DNA from: Deinococcales bacterium
Lineage (GTDB): Bacteria > Deinococcota > Deinococci > Deinococcales > JAAFIG01
NCBI GenBank assembly: GCA_031414595.1
Contig: JANNVX010000064.1
Coordinates: 1 to 64,000, forward strand
Length of the DNA: 64,000 bases
Direction: 5' to 3'
In this document: piece after piece, positions 18,951-28,284 of the stretch
How the letters are laid out: every line of letters begins with the position of its first letter
How positions within the stretch are numbered: the stretch's first letter is position 1
Translations under genes and position numbers: made by a program
Notes under the pieces: generated by a model
What the model was told of the DNA's origin: nothing
The model's database searches: none
The model's input: the letters and a program-made list of their open reading frames with translations, nothing else

Positions 18951-19520
18951 CTAAACCCACCAACGAACTAAAAAATCTGAAAACTCGAGTGGGGCAACCA
19001 TCTGACCAACGTGGTATTTCTGTACATCCTGATATGTTTTGCCATTTGAGGAGCGGTAAACCTCGAGCCAGCCCGCATTTAGATTATAAATCCAGTATTC
19101 TGGCACAAAATTCCGCGCATATGCCTCGAGCTTTTCGCTTTGGTCACGATTTAAGGTGCTGTCTGAAATTTCGATAACCAAGTAAGCATCAGTGTTGTTT
19201 ACGTCACGCTGCGCGTATTGTTCTTTGGGTAAACGGAGCAAGGCTAAGTCTGGTTCAATGAAATCTGGTGGGGGACTAAACAAAACCAGTGGGCATTGGC
19301 TCGAGACATAGGCTTGGGATTGCAAACCAAGCACAAACTGCTCATTCAAATCACGTACTGCTTGGGCATGACGAAAACCTTGTTGACCTTTCACAAATAA
19401 CTCTCCATTCAAAAGTTCAACATGTTTATCGCCAAAAAAACTTTGCTCAGACAGCCATTCAAAGTCCGACAAGGTAAATTTTAGCTTGCCTTCCTTTGGT
19501 GACTCGAGTAACTGAGTCAT
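18951..19520 (-). CDS. Uma2 family (DUF820) PD-(D/E)xK endonuclease
   Basis: VELLNGEL, EPDLALL, LVIEISDSTL..D...K...YAR..VPEYWI motifs. Confidence 0.9.
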   Translation of the reverse strand: MTQLLESPKEGKLKFTLSDFEWLSEQSFFGDKHVELLNGELFVKGQQGFRHAQAVRDLNEQFVLGLQSQAYVSSQCPLVLFSPPPDFIEPDLALLRLPKEQYAQRDVNNTDAYLVIEISDSTLNRDQSEKLEAYARNFVPEYWIYNLNAGWLEVYRSSNGKTYQDVQKYHVGQMVAPLEFSDFLVRWWV

Positions 19521-19957
19521 TGGCTGTCCTTGATGGCATCTATGATTCGGCGGTAATCGAGTTTTTCACCCGGTTTCGGCGCACGGTATTCCTCTGAGTG
19601 CCGCACCAATAATTCATCGGACTTAAAGGCATTGTTCTCGAGTTTGCCTTGCACCGTCACACCCATACCTTCACGGAATAAATCTGGGGGTGTCCCACGG
19701 TGCGAGATTGGTAACACAGTTGTGCCATCAGAGATTCTAAAAGTGACTTCTAAAGTATCGCGGTTAAATTTGACACTGCCCGGTTCGACCACACCACCCA
19801 AGCGAATCGTGCGATTGGCATACTTGCTTTGCTCACGGCTAAATTCAGACGGGGTAATAAAAAACACCAAGTTATTTTGCAAACTCGAGGTCAGGATAAT
19901 GCCAATGCCAATTAAAACCACAACCGCGCCAATTAAGTATTTGGTATTGCCTTTCAT
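19517..19957 (-). CDS. ccmE: Heme chaperone CcmE
   Basis: IRLGGVV, PPDLFREG and HSEEY (HxxxY) motifs. Confidence 0.92.
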   Translation of the reverse strand: MKGNTKYLIGAVVVLIGIGIILTSSLQNNLVFFITPSEFSREQSKYANRTIRLGGVVEPGSVKFNRDTLEVTFRISDGTTVLPISHRGTPPDLFREGMGVTVQGKLENNAFKSDELLVRHSEEYRAPKPGEKLDYRRIIDAIKDSQ

Positions 19958-20106
19958 GATTTCACCTCGAGGTCGCGCTCTTGTTCTTTTAAGCGTTTAT
20001 TCATCCGCACCAAGTACCAAGTGTAGCCGCCAAGCAGCAAAATCGTCATGCCATAACCCCAGTAAACAAAAACATCCCATTGATTCGGACTACCAAGTTC
20101 AGTCAT
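19954..20106 (-). CDS. ccmD: Heme exporter protein CcmD (absent from ORF track)
   Basis: Manual translation: MTELGSPNQWDVFVYWGYGMTILLLGGYTWYLVRMNKRLKEQERDLEVKS (50 aa); overlaps the ccmC stop and ccmE start. Confidence 0.85.
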   Translation of the reverse strand: MTELGSPNQWDVFVYWGYGMTILLLGGYTWYLVRMNKRLKEQERDLEVKS

Positions 20107-20821
20107 GGGCTAACACCCCTTTAAGCTCGAGATTAAGCTCATGTTCCTCGAGACGGGCTTGTTGGGCTGCCAATTGTCCACGTAAGCGCAGTAAATAGGC
20201 ATAGAGGATTGTAAAACCAAGCAGTGCCAGTAAAAAGCCAATCAAAATACCATCATTTTGTAAAGCACTACGCCGTTCAGCGATTGAAACCGTTGGGGTT
20301 TGATGCAGTGTACTCCACCAGTAAACACTCATGTAATTGATCGGCACACCAACACTGGCAACAATCCCAATCACGGCACTGACTCGAGCGCGACGACCGC
20401 TATCTTCAATCATACCGCGAACCATCAGCATTCCGATGTAAACCATCAGCATCAGCGCCGTGGTGGTCAGACGGGCATCGCCCCAAGTCCAATACGCGCC
20501 CCAAGTCGGACGACCCCACAATGCCCCCGTAAAAAGCGACAAAATAATAAACACCACACCGATTTCGGTACTTGCTAAGGACAAGCGATCCCAATGGTGG
20601 TTACGGGTAATCAAATACGCCAAACCAAACGCTGCCGCTAAACCAAACGACAAGTACGCCAACCAACTCGAGCCAACATGAATTGGTAGAATCCGCGTCA
20701 AATACCCTTGCAGCACATCTGGCGGGGCAGTAAAGGTAAAAAACAAGGCAATCAGAATAATCCCAACACTCGAGTACCCAAGTGTAGGGGTCAGCCAAGG
20801 CGCAAGCGCGAGTTTCTTCAT
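20099..20821 (-). CDS. ccmC: Heme exporter/WWD-family protein CcmC
   Basis: WGRPTWGAYWTWGDARLT motif with conserved histidines (HVG, TLHQ). Confidence 0.93.
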   Translation of the reverse strand: MKKLALAPWLTPTLGYSSVGIILIALFFTFTAPPDVLQGYLTRILPIHVGSSWLAYLSFGLAAAFGLAYLITRNHHWDRLSLASTEIGVVFIILSLFTGALWGRPTWGAYWTWGDARLTTTALMLMVYIGMLMVRGMIEDSGRRARVSAVIGIVASVGVPINYMSVYWWSTLHQTPTVSIAERRSALQNDGILIGFLLALLGFTILYAYLLRLRGQLAAQQARLEEHELNLELKGVLAHD

Positions 20822-20887
20822 ATTCTAATTGTACGCAACAAAGGTGAAACTTGGTTGAACTTAAGTCCCTCCCCATGATAGGGGTCG

Positions 20888-21562
20888 TTACTCGACTGCA
20901 TATGGAAATGCGAGTGTACAAACCACAAGGTAGACCGCGTTAAACCCAGCCAGTAAACGAATCCAACCCCAAACATCCTCGCCTGAATCTGGCAAGGTCA
21001 AACCCACCGTGGCTTTCACACAAGCAATCACGACGGGTACAACAATTGGGAAAATTAGCACGGGTAGTAAACTCTCCCTCGAGCGCAAGTTGATGGTTAA
21101 GGCACTTTGGAAACTCGAGATGATACTAAACCCCATCACACCAAGAAAAACCGTTAAAGCAAAGGGGAGTTCACGCCCTGAAATACTCACGCCATACAAA
21201 AGCAATGTAAACGGCGCAGTGACCAGTGCTAAAATAAGCATCAAACCCAGATTACCCAGTAACTTGCCAAGGTAAATCAGTTCATGCGGCACAGGATAAA
21301 GCAGCAAGGTCTCGAGCGCCCCATCTTCGGATTCGGAAGCAAAAGCCCGAGAAGCCGCCAAAATACTGGCAAAAGCAATGGCGACCCACAAAATCCCTGG
21401 CGCGGCTTCTCGGAGTTTACGGGTTTCAGGACCAAAGGCAAATGCCAGAATTGTAATCACCAGCACCGCAAAAAAAAGTGTTGCTGCCAGCACATCTCGG
21501 GCGCGACCCTCAACCCGCCAGTCTTTTAAGGCAATGGTTAGGATAATCTGCCATGAATTCAT
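20888..21562 (-). CDS. ccmB: Heme exporter permease CcmB
   Basis: KDWRVE, APGILW, ESEDGALETLLL and LLPVLIFPIVVP motifs. Confidence 0.92.
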   Translation of the reverse strand: MNSWQIILTIALKDWRVEGRARDVLAATLFFAVLVITILAFAFGPETRKLREAAPGILWVAIAFASILAASRAFASESEDGALETLLLYPVPHELIYLGKLLGNLGLMLILALVTAPFTLLLYGVSISGRELPFALTVFLGVMGFSIISSFQSALTINLRSRESLLPVLIFPIVVPVVIACVKATVGLTLPDSGEDVWGWIRLLAGFNAVYLVVCTLAFPYAVE

Positions 21563-21599
21563 GGGTTCACCGTAACTGAAAAATTCTCAGGACATTCAG

Positions 21600-21875
21600 A
21601 ATCACACGGGAGAAGCCCCTCGCCCCGGTTCGCGCTTCGCTTGAACGCCCCTCCCCCAACCGCTTCGCGGGGGAGGGGTAAGCTAAGAGCTAAAAGCAAT
21701 AGACCTAACCTCCTCTTTTTCGAGCGCCCAAAGCCCGAAGCGCCCAAAGCCCAAAGGTGCTGTTTCAGGGGCAAGACAGGTGTTGTTTCAGGGGTAAGAG
21801 AGGGGGTCGCCGAAGCGCGAACAGCCCGCAAGGTGCTGTCTTGTGAGCAAGAAGGCGGGGGGAGTCCATAAGAGG
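21600..21875. repeat. GC-rich palindromic intergenic element between ccmA and ccmB
   Basis: Hairpin CCCCTCCCC...GGGGAGGGG, TTCGCGCTTCG and its complement CGAAGCGCGAA at opposite ends, internal GCCCAAA-type heptamers; shares motifs with 59631-59745. Confidence 0.6.
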
Positions 21876-21884
21876 TTACGTTTT

Positions 21885-22529
21885 TCATTCATTTCCCTTT
21901 GGGTCTCGAGGCTCAGAAATAACACCATTCTCGAGCATGACCGATAAGGTCGCAATTTTATCGGTGCGTTCTGGTTCATGTGAAGCAATAATCAAGGTCG
22001 CCCCGCGTTGTTGTTGCTCGAGCATCAGGGCTTCGACCAAGTTTTTACCCTCTGGGTCTAGGGCAGCAAAGGGTTCATCGAGTAAAATCAGTTCTGGCTC
22101 AAGCAGCAGCATTTTAGCCAGCGCGAGGCGTTTTCGCATCCCACTCGAGTAACCACGCACCCGATTTTGGCTGTGCAGTCCAACTTTCTCGAGGGCGGCA
22201 GGAATACTGGCGGTTTTTTGGTGCATTTTTAGGGCAAATTCAAGGTTTTCTGCGCCAGTTAAGTCTGGATAAAACCCTAAGCTATGCGAAACAATCAGGA
22301 TTTTACCTCGGTACTCGAGACGGTTCCGCAGGTCTGACCCTAGGATTTTACCCGTGCCACGAGTTGGTACGAGGCTCGAGGCAATGATTTTTAGGAGCGT
22401 GGTTTTACCCGCGCCATTTGCCCCGTATAAAGCCAGAATTTGATTCGTTGGCAGGACTAAACTTGTGCCACGCAGCACATAGGAACGTTGGTAGCGATGC
22501 ACCAAGCCGATAAGTTCTACTGCGTTCAC
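21885..22529 (-). CDS. ccmA: Heme ABC exporter ATP-binding protein CcmA
   Basis: Walker A GANGAGKTT, signature YSSGM, LLDEPF; first gene of the ccm operon. Confidence 0.9.
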   Translation of the reverse strand: MNAVELIGLVHRYQRSYVLRGTSLVLPTNQILALYGANGAGKTTLLKIIASSLVPTRGTGKILGSDLRNRLEYRGKILIVSHSLGFYPDLTGAENLEFALKMHQKTASIPAALEKVGLHSQNRVRGYSSGMRKRLALAKMLLLEPELILLDEPFAALDPEGKNLVEALMLEQQQRGATLIIASHEPERTDKIATLSVMLENGVISEPRDPKGNE

Positions 22530-22559
22530 GATATTAGTTTAACTCGAGTAGCGTGGGAC

Positions 22560-23402
22560 TCAGACCCCACAACCCGAGACAAGACGTTGCACAAATTTCT
22601 TGCCATCCCATTGCACTGCAAAAGTAGCCGAGTCTTCGTAAATGGCTTCAAAGTACAACACCTCGAGTTTGCCATCGCCGTTTAAGTCTAGGACATTGAC
22701 CAAATCCCAAACATCGGGGTTGTTTTGCATTCCAGCCTCAATATCGGCATCAGTCGTGGTTTTTAAGTGGATTTCCTGACCCAAAGAAATAGTTTGGACT
22801 TTGCCAGCCACGATTTTACGCACCAACAGCAGACTGTAATCGCCTTTTTCGCCTCGAGCGCTTGGGAATAAACCACTGCGGTAGCCTCGAGTCGCCGCAA
22901 TAATAATTTCATCTTGTTTGTCGTTGTCAAGGTCAGTTTTAATCAGGCTGGTAATCTTCACTTCGGGGTTCTTAAGTCCTAATTTCTCGAGGTATTGGGA
23001 AACCACGGCTCGGTATGTGCCATTATCGTTAGACAATACGGTCACGGCTCGAGGACGAAGATTCCAAGTGGCGTTGGTGGCAATCACCCAGTTCTTTGCG
23101 GCGGGAACAGGATTTAATTTTACGCCGTAAGTTTCTTCGCACGGCACACCGTAGGATTCTTTGGCTGTGCCAACACTGGCGCTAGTGATTTTACCGCCCA
23201 TTGTCCAAAGCGAATTGTATTTCATGCCAGCCGGAGCAACGGCTTTTTTACCGTCTAACCAAGTTGAACCCGACACGCCGCCTAAGACTTCAAAAACATT
23301 TTCTGAAGTTATCGGCGGATAACCAACTAAAAAAGTGGCGCTATTTGGTGCAGCCGCCACACCCAAGGACAAAACAGCCAGTAATGGTAAGAGTTTTTTC
23401 AT
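22560..23402 (-). CDS. Secreted hypothetical protein with DxDxDG-like (FG-GAP/Ca-binding) motifs
   Basis: MKKLL signal peptide; DLDNDKQDEII and DLNGDGKLEV motifs. Confidence 0.7.
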   Translation of the reverse strand: MKKLLPLLAVLSLGVAAAPNSATFLVGYPPITSENVFEVLGGVSGSTWLDGKKAVAPAGMKYNSLWTMGGKITSASVGTAKESYGVPCEETYGVKLNPVPAAKNWVIATNATWNLRPRAVTVLSNDNGTYRAVVSQYLEKLGLKNPEVKITSLIKTDLDNDKQDEIIIAATRGYRSGLFPSARGEKGDYSLLLVRKIVAGKVQTISLGQEIHLKTTTDADIEAGMQNNPDVWDLVNVLDLNGDGKLEVLYFEAIYEDSATFAVQWDGKKFVQRLVSGCGV

Positions 23403-23423
23403 TACTTCAGCATACACGATTTT

Positions 23424-25025
23424 TTAATTCTGCTCGAGAATTATTTTGTCCTGTACCAAAATTCGGCGTGTGGCAATCGTCTCAAGTAAGCGCCTGTCAT
23501 GCGAAGCCAGTAACAATGTACCCGTATACTCGAGTAATAATTTCTCGAGAGCAGCAATTGCATCAGTATCCAGATTATTGGTGGGTTCATCCAAAATCAG
23601 CAATGAAGCTCGAGTGACCGATAACCGCGCTAAGGTTAAACGGGTGCGTTGCCCACCAGATAAAGTAGCAATGACTCGGGATGGTTCTTTGGGCAACCTT
23701 AAACTCGCCAGCAACGCATAGATTTCCTTGGTTTGCAAATGCGGATTAGCAGACAGCAGCGCCTCTTCAAGGGTGATGAATTCGTTGATTTCCTCAGTGT
23801 TCTGGGCTGCCCAGTAGACAGTCACATTCTGCCCGAAAGTCACATTGCCCGTAAACCCGAGTTGCCCTAGAATGGCTTTGATTAAGCTGCTCTTACCACC
23901 ACCATTTGCTCCGACCAACGCAACTTTTTCACCACGTCCAATAAATAAATTAACCTTCTCGAGAATTATTTTTTCATCACGCTGCACCGTCACACCCTCG
24001 AGCTTAAGAACTTCAAACGCACCGACTGGCACAGCATCCAACTGAATTTTGGTCAAAAAACCATCTTCAAAAGGCTTCTCGAGTTCGCCCATGTGTTCAA
24101 TGCGTTTCTCGAGTGCCAGCGCACGTTTGCCTTGCTTATGCGACGCTCGGTTCATCAAATGAAAGGCAGTGGTGGCATCACGGCTTCCCACTCGGTGCTT
24201 ATTTTCGCTTCTCGAGGCTTGGGCAATGGCGGCTTGGCGCTCAAGGGCTAATTGTTTGATTTTACGTTCATGATTTTCAAACGCCAGCAATTGGTTTTCT
24301 CGAATGGCTTTTTTAAGCGCCATTGCTTGGCTAAAATTCCCTTCGTACAAGCTGACTTTTTGCCGCTCGAGTTCATAACAACGCGTCACTGTCGCATCTA
24401 AAAAAGCCCTGTCGTGCGAAACAATCATAAAACCCGCGTCAGAAGCTAAAATCCAATGCTCAAGCCAAGTTAAACTGTCTAAATCCAAGTGATTGGTTGG
24501 TTCATCCAACAAGTAAAAATCGGCTGGCTGAATCAGTAACCGAGCCAGTAATGCGCGGCGTTCCTGCCCACCAGAAAGCGCGATACTCGAGCCTGAGCCT
24601 TCTAAACCCAGTCCAGCCAAGATTTCCTCAGCCCGAATTTCAAGGTCGTAGCCACCCGCAATTCTAAATTCTTCTTCTAGCAGTGCGTACTCGGTAAGAT
24701 GCTCAGGGCTTGGATTCTCGAGGGCGACTTGGGCTGCCTCGAGTTTATGTTTCAAATCTTTAAGCGCATCGGGCAACACCACATCACGCAGCGCACCTGT
24801 CTCGAGGGTCGTGCGTTGTGCGAGATACGCCACTCGCCCAGTCAATGTCACTGTGCCAGTATCAGGTGGCTCAAAACCAGCCAGAATTTTGAGCAGCGTG
24901 GTTTTACCACTGCCATTACGACCCAGCAGCGCAACCCGTTCGCCCATCTGTAACTCGAGGGCGACATCATCAAAAATTAAATTGTCTGCAAAGCGCTTTT
25001 GCGCTCCACGCATGATTAAGCTCAC
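23424..25025 (-). CDS. ABC-F ATPase, likely ribosome-protection (ARE-like) type
   Basis: Two ABC cassettes (GRNGSGKTT/LSGGQ/LDEPTNHLD and GANGGGKSS/LSGGQ/LDEPTNNLD), no TM, long basic linker; GTG 25025 after GGAGG. Confidence 0.85.
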   Translation of the reverse strand: MSLIMRGAQKRFADNLIFDDVALELQMGERVALLGRNGSGKTTLLKILAGFEPPDTGTVTLTGRVAYLAQRTTLETGALRDVVLPDALKDLKHKLEAAQVALENPSPEHLTEYALLEEEFRIAGGYDLEIRAEEILAGLGLEGSGSSIALSGGQERRALLARLLIQPADFYLLDEPTNHLDLDSLTWLEHWILASDAGFMIVSHDRAFLDATVTRCYELERQKVSLYEGNFSQAMALKKAIRENQLLAFENHERKIKQLALERQAAIAQASRSENKHRVGSRDATTAFHLMNRASHKQGKRALALEKRIEHMGELEKPFEDGFLTKIQLDAVPVGAFEVLKLEGVTVQRDEKIILEKVNLFIGRGEKVALVGANGGGKSSLIKAILGQLGFTGNVTFGQNVTVYWAAQNTEEINEFITLEEALLSANPHLQTKEIYALLASLRLPKEPSRVIATLSGGQRTRLTLARLSVTRASLLILDEPTNNLDTDAIAALEKLLLEYTGTLLLASHDRRLLETIATRRILVQDKIILEQN

Positions 25026-25070
25026 GTGAACCTCCAAGAAAAAAGGGTGAAGACCTCTTGCCTATGGTGA

Positions 25071-25088
25071 TTAACGCAAACGTGTCAT
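25071..25088 (-). promoter_or_regulatory. Leader peptide uORF MTRLR (candidate ribosome-stalling attenuator)
   Basis: AAAGGA RBS, 7 nt spacer, then ATG ACA CGT TTG CGT TAA, ending 45 nt upstream of the ABC-F start. Confidence 0.7.
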
Positions 25089-25228
25089 GCAGTAGTCCTT
25101 TGAAATAATTAAAGCCGTTGACTCGAGCCAATTCTCGAGGGAGTGGTTTAGATTAACCCAAAATGTGCAGTAAAATCATTACGAAAAATGGCGTATCTCT
25201 CACCCGGATTTTTGTTAGCATACGCGGC

Positions 25229-25723
25229 GTGAATCCGCTTGTTGGCATTATCATGGGCAGCCAATCCGACTTAGAAACTATGCAGCACACGGCGAATACC
25301 TTGCGTGACCTCGAGATACCTTTTGAAATGCGAATTGTTAGCGCTCATCGCACCCCAGATTTACTTTTTGAATACGCCAAAAGCGCCGAGGCTCGAGGGC
25401 TTGAAGTGATTATCGCGGGGGCAGGCGGCGCAGCACATTTACCCGGAATGGCAGCCAGTCAAACCGTACTGCCCGTACTTGGCGTACCCGTACAAAGTAA
25501 AGCCCTAAACGGCTTAGATAGCTTACTGAGCATTGTGCAAATGCCGGCTGGAATTCCAGTGGCAACGCTGGCGATTGGCAACGCTGGTGCTGTCAATGCG
25601 GCACTTTTAGCTGCCGCCATCCTAGGCAATAAATACCCAGAAACTCGAGAGAAGCTGCGTTCTTGGCGTGAAAAACAAACAAAAACAGTTCTCGAGAACA
25701 GCCAACTCGAGGGCAATTCATGA
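25229..25723 (+). CDS. purE: N5-CAIR mutase PurE
   Basis: [26 protein letters not shown] and [13 protein letters not shown] motifs; GTG start 7 nt after TAGCAT. Confidence 0.95.
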   Translation: MNPLVGIIMGSQSDLETMQHTANTLRDLEIPFEMRIVSAHRTPDLLFEYAKSAEARGLEVIIAGAGGAAHLPGMAASQTVLPVLGVPVQSKALNGLDSLLSIVQMPAGIPVATLAIGNAGAVNAALLAAAILGNKYPETREKLRSWREKQTKTVLENSQLEGNS

Positions 25724-26820
25724 TTCCGCCCGGAAGCACGATTGGCATTTTGGGTGGTGGGCAACTGGCGCGAATGCTGGCGCTGGCAGCCAGACCAATG
25801 GGATATAACGTCGTGGTACTCGACCCAGACCCAGACTGCCCAGCTTCTGGTGTGGTGGACGAAGTGATTGTTGGTGCATTTGACAGCCCGAATGCCTATG
25901 CACAACTGGCTCAGGTCTGTGATGTGGTGACTTTAGAGTTTGAGAATATCCCATCAGAACACCTCAAAGCCCTCGAGCAAACCGTACCGTTGCGCCCAAA
26001 CCGCAAAGTTCTTGAACGCAGCCGAGACCGACTGCTCGAGAAGAGCTTTATTACCAAAGCCGGTGTGCGTTGCGCTCCATTCCAAGCAATTTATGCCAGC
26101 AGCGACCTAGTAGCAGCCAGATACCCCGCAATTCTCAAAACTGCCACGTTAGGTTATGACGGCAAAGGACAAGCTAAGGTCTACACCCAACTCGAGGCAG
26201 TCAAGGCTTTTGAGCGCTTTGGCAGTGTGCCATGTGTTTTAGAAGGTATTATAGATTTTTTTCTCGAGATTAGCGTGATTGTGGCACGCTCAAGTACCCA
26301 AACCAAATGTTTTCCAGTCTTTGAAAACCAGCATCAGAACGGAATTTTGGACATCACCCTAGTGCCGGCTCGGATTCCAGAAGAAACCGCCGAAAAAGCC
26401 AAAGAAATTGCTATTAAACTTGCCAATGCCCTCGAGTTACATGGATTGCTCTGCGTTGAAATGTTTGTCACCAACAACCAACAAATTCTGGTCAATGAGA
26501 TTGCACCAAGACCACACAACTCTGGGCATGTGACAATCGAAGCCTGTCAAACCAGTCAATTTGAACAAGCCGTGCGTGCCGTCTGCGATTTACCACTTGG
26601 CAGCACCGAATTACACTCGAGTGGCGCAATGGCGAACTTACTTGGTGAACACATCTCCCCAACTGCCAACTTTGGTGCAGCGCTCGAGACTGGGGCAAAA
26701 CTGCACTTGTACCAAAAGCGCGAAGCTCGAGCAGGGCGCAAGATGGGGCATTTAACCGCGCTTGGTGAAGATGCTTTTGAAAAAGTTAAAGCGGCTCGAG
26801 CAGTGCTTAAAGAAACATAA
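25720..26820 (+). CDS. purK: N5-CAIR synthase PurK
   Basis: [36 protein letters not shown] and RKMGH motifs. Confidence 0.95.
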   Translation: MIPPGSTIGILGGGQLARMLALAARPMGYNVVVLDPDPDCPASGVVDEVIVGAFDSPNAYAQLAQVCDVVTLEFENIPSEHLKALEQTVPLRPNRKVLERSRDRLLEKSFITKAGVRCAPFQAIYASSDLVAARYPAILKTATLGYDGKGQAKVYTQLEAVKAFERFGSVPCVLEGIIDFFLEISVIVARSSTQTKCFPVFENQHQNGILDITLVPARIPEETAEKAKEIAIKLANALELHGLLCVEMFVTNNQQILVNEIAPRPHNSGHVTIEACQTSQFEQAVRAVCDLPLGSTELHSSGAMANLLGEHISPTANFGAALETGAKLHLYQKREARAGRKMGHLTALGEDAFEKVKAARAVLKET

Positions 26821-26823
26821 ACC

Positions 26824-26918
26824 ATGCTTGAAGAACGTGCTAAGCGGGGTTCTCGAGAAAAGTTCTTAACTGCCTCGCAAGCCATGCCAAATGTTGCCCA
26901 AACCCAGAAGATATGTAA
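26824..26918 (+). pseudogene. Relic of an antitoxin C-terminus
   Basis: MLEERAKRGSREKFLTASQAMPNV resembles, from memory, C-termini of antitoxins that partner PIN toxins; N-terminus missing. Confidence 0.4.
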
Positions 26919-26936
26919 TTGCTGTACAATTGAGCC

Positions 26937-27179
26937 ATGAACTTAGACCTACCCAGCAAAACAGCCAAAACCCTCGAGCAACTGAGGCGTTCGCTTGGCA
27001 CGACCAGAGAGGAAGCCATTGACCGCGCCTTGAATTCTTATCTGGACGACATCAAAATGGAACGGGTTTTGACTGTCCCAAATCCTCGGACTAAAGACAT
27101 GACCGAAGATGATGTTTATGAAGTTGCCAATGCTGCCATAAAACGCGCTCGAGCCGAAAAGCGTGAGAAGAAACGGTGA
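26937..27179 (+). CDS. CopG/RHH-like antitoxin
   Basis: 80 aa, RHH-like N-terminus, TEDDV motif; overlaps the PIN gene start; TACAAT box 6 nt before ATG. Confidence 0.75.
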   Translation: MNLDLPSKTAKTLEQLRRSLGTTREEAIDRALNSYLDDIKMERVLTVPNPRTKDMTEDDVYEVANAAIKRARAEKREKKR

Positions 27180-27604
27180 GGGTGGTTTTAGACACCAATA
27201 TCTGGGTGGCTGGGGCAGCTAGACCCGAAGGCGTAACAGGCGCAATTCTATTTGCTTGGTTCAAAGAAAGGCGTTTTACACTACTCACTTCTAAAAGCCA
27301 ACTCGAGGAATTCAAGACCGTTACCAAGTATGCCCAAGTCAAAAAGATTCTTGGTAAGAACGAAGCTGGGGCATTGGTTAATCGAGTTAAGAAATTAGCT
27401 GAGTTTGTATCAGTCCGAGGCATTAAGAAAATTAGTCCAGACCCTGACGATGACTTTATTATTGCCATTGCCACCCAAGGCAAAGCCAATCATCTGGTCT
27501 CGAGAAACAAAATAGATTTACTCGACTTGGGTGTGATTGAGAATGTCCGAATGGTTACGCCCGAGCAGTTCCTACGATTTCTGCGGCGTGGTCGCTTGAA
27601 CTGA
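27176..27604 (+). CDS. PIN-domain toxin (VapC-like)
   Basis: MRVVLDTNIWV, DPDDDFIIAIA and VTPEQFL motifs. Confidence 0.9.
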   Translation: MRVVLDTNIWVAGAARPEGVTGAILFAWFKERRFTLLTSKSQLEEFKTVTKYAQVKKILGKNEAGALVNRVKKLAEFVSVRGIKKISPDPDDDFIIAIATQGKANHLVSRNKIDLLDLGVIENVRMVTPEQFLRFLRRGRLN

Positions 27605-27648
27605 GTCCATAAACCGTAAATCTTTTTCGGGTTGGTCACTACGCCAAA

Positions 27649-27692
27649 CTGATTTCTCTAGGTGCAGTGACCTAGAGAAATCAGCTGTTTTT
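27649..27692 (+). terminator. Hairpin terminator after the PIN TA module
   Basis: 14-bp perfect stem CTGATTTCTCTAGG / CCTAGAGAAATCAG followed by CTGTTTTT. Confidence 0.7.
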
Positions 27693-27862
27693 GCAAAAGT
27701 ACAAAATCTGGCTGACCATCTGACGAGGTAATAAAAATGCGCCACTTCTGGGCGCTGATAAAAACAAGCATACAGCAATATGCACAAACTGTCAAATTTA
27801 TGCACTCGAGTCGTTGTAAACGGTACATATATCAACTCGAGTCGTTGTGAATTCCTTTCGAC

Positions 27863-27906
27863 TTGACAAAATGAGAGACCTAGGATTACGATGTCGCTAT
27901 CCTAGG
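27863..27906 (+). promoter_or_regulatory. Sigma-A promoter with overlapping inverted-repeat operator upstream of padR
   Basis: TTGACA (27863)-18 nt-TACGAT (27887); inverted repeat CCTAGGAT-N12-ATCCTAGG brackets the -10 box. Confidence 0.6.
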
Positions 27907-27957
27907 ACAAACTCGAGAAGCGCCAAACGCAGCCACTCGAGAAACGAGGTACAACCC

Positions 27958-28284
27958 ATGAATCCAAACCTCTTAAAAGGCAACCTCGACCTGATTTTAT
28001 TAGCGATTATTGAACCAGAACCGATTTACGGTGGAGAAATCACCCGCGAGGCTTCTGAACGCACCAATGGCTACTTTGACTTTAAGGAAGGCACACTCTA
28101 CCCAGCCCTGCACCGACTCGAGAAAAGCGGTTTTATAAGCGGCTCATTCCAATACCTTCCACGCGGTGGAAGCCCCGTAAAATTCTACGAACTGACCGAA
28201 AGCGGCAAAAAAGAACTCAGCCAAAAACGCCGCGAGCAGCAAGCCTTCGACCAAGCCCTGGATGCACTACTGGGAAAACCATGA
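27958..28284 (+). CDS. PadR family transcriptional regulator
   Basis: LLKGNLDLILLAII, FKEGTLYPALHRLEK and FYELTESGK; ATG 27958 after GAGG. Confidence 0.9.
   Translation: MNPNLLKGNLDLILLAIIEPEPIYGGEITREASERTNGYFDFKEGTLYPALHRLEKSGFISGSFQYLPRGGSPVKFYELTESGKKELSQKRREQQAFDQALDALLGKP

Noticed and set aside
21559-21888. 109-aa ORF as a genuine protein-coding gene
   Set aside because: Composed of palindromic and heptamer repeat sequence with no recognisable motifs; treated as an inserted element.
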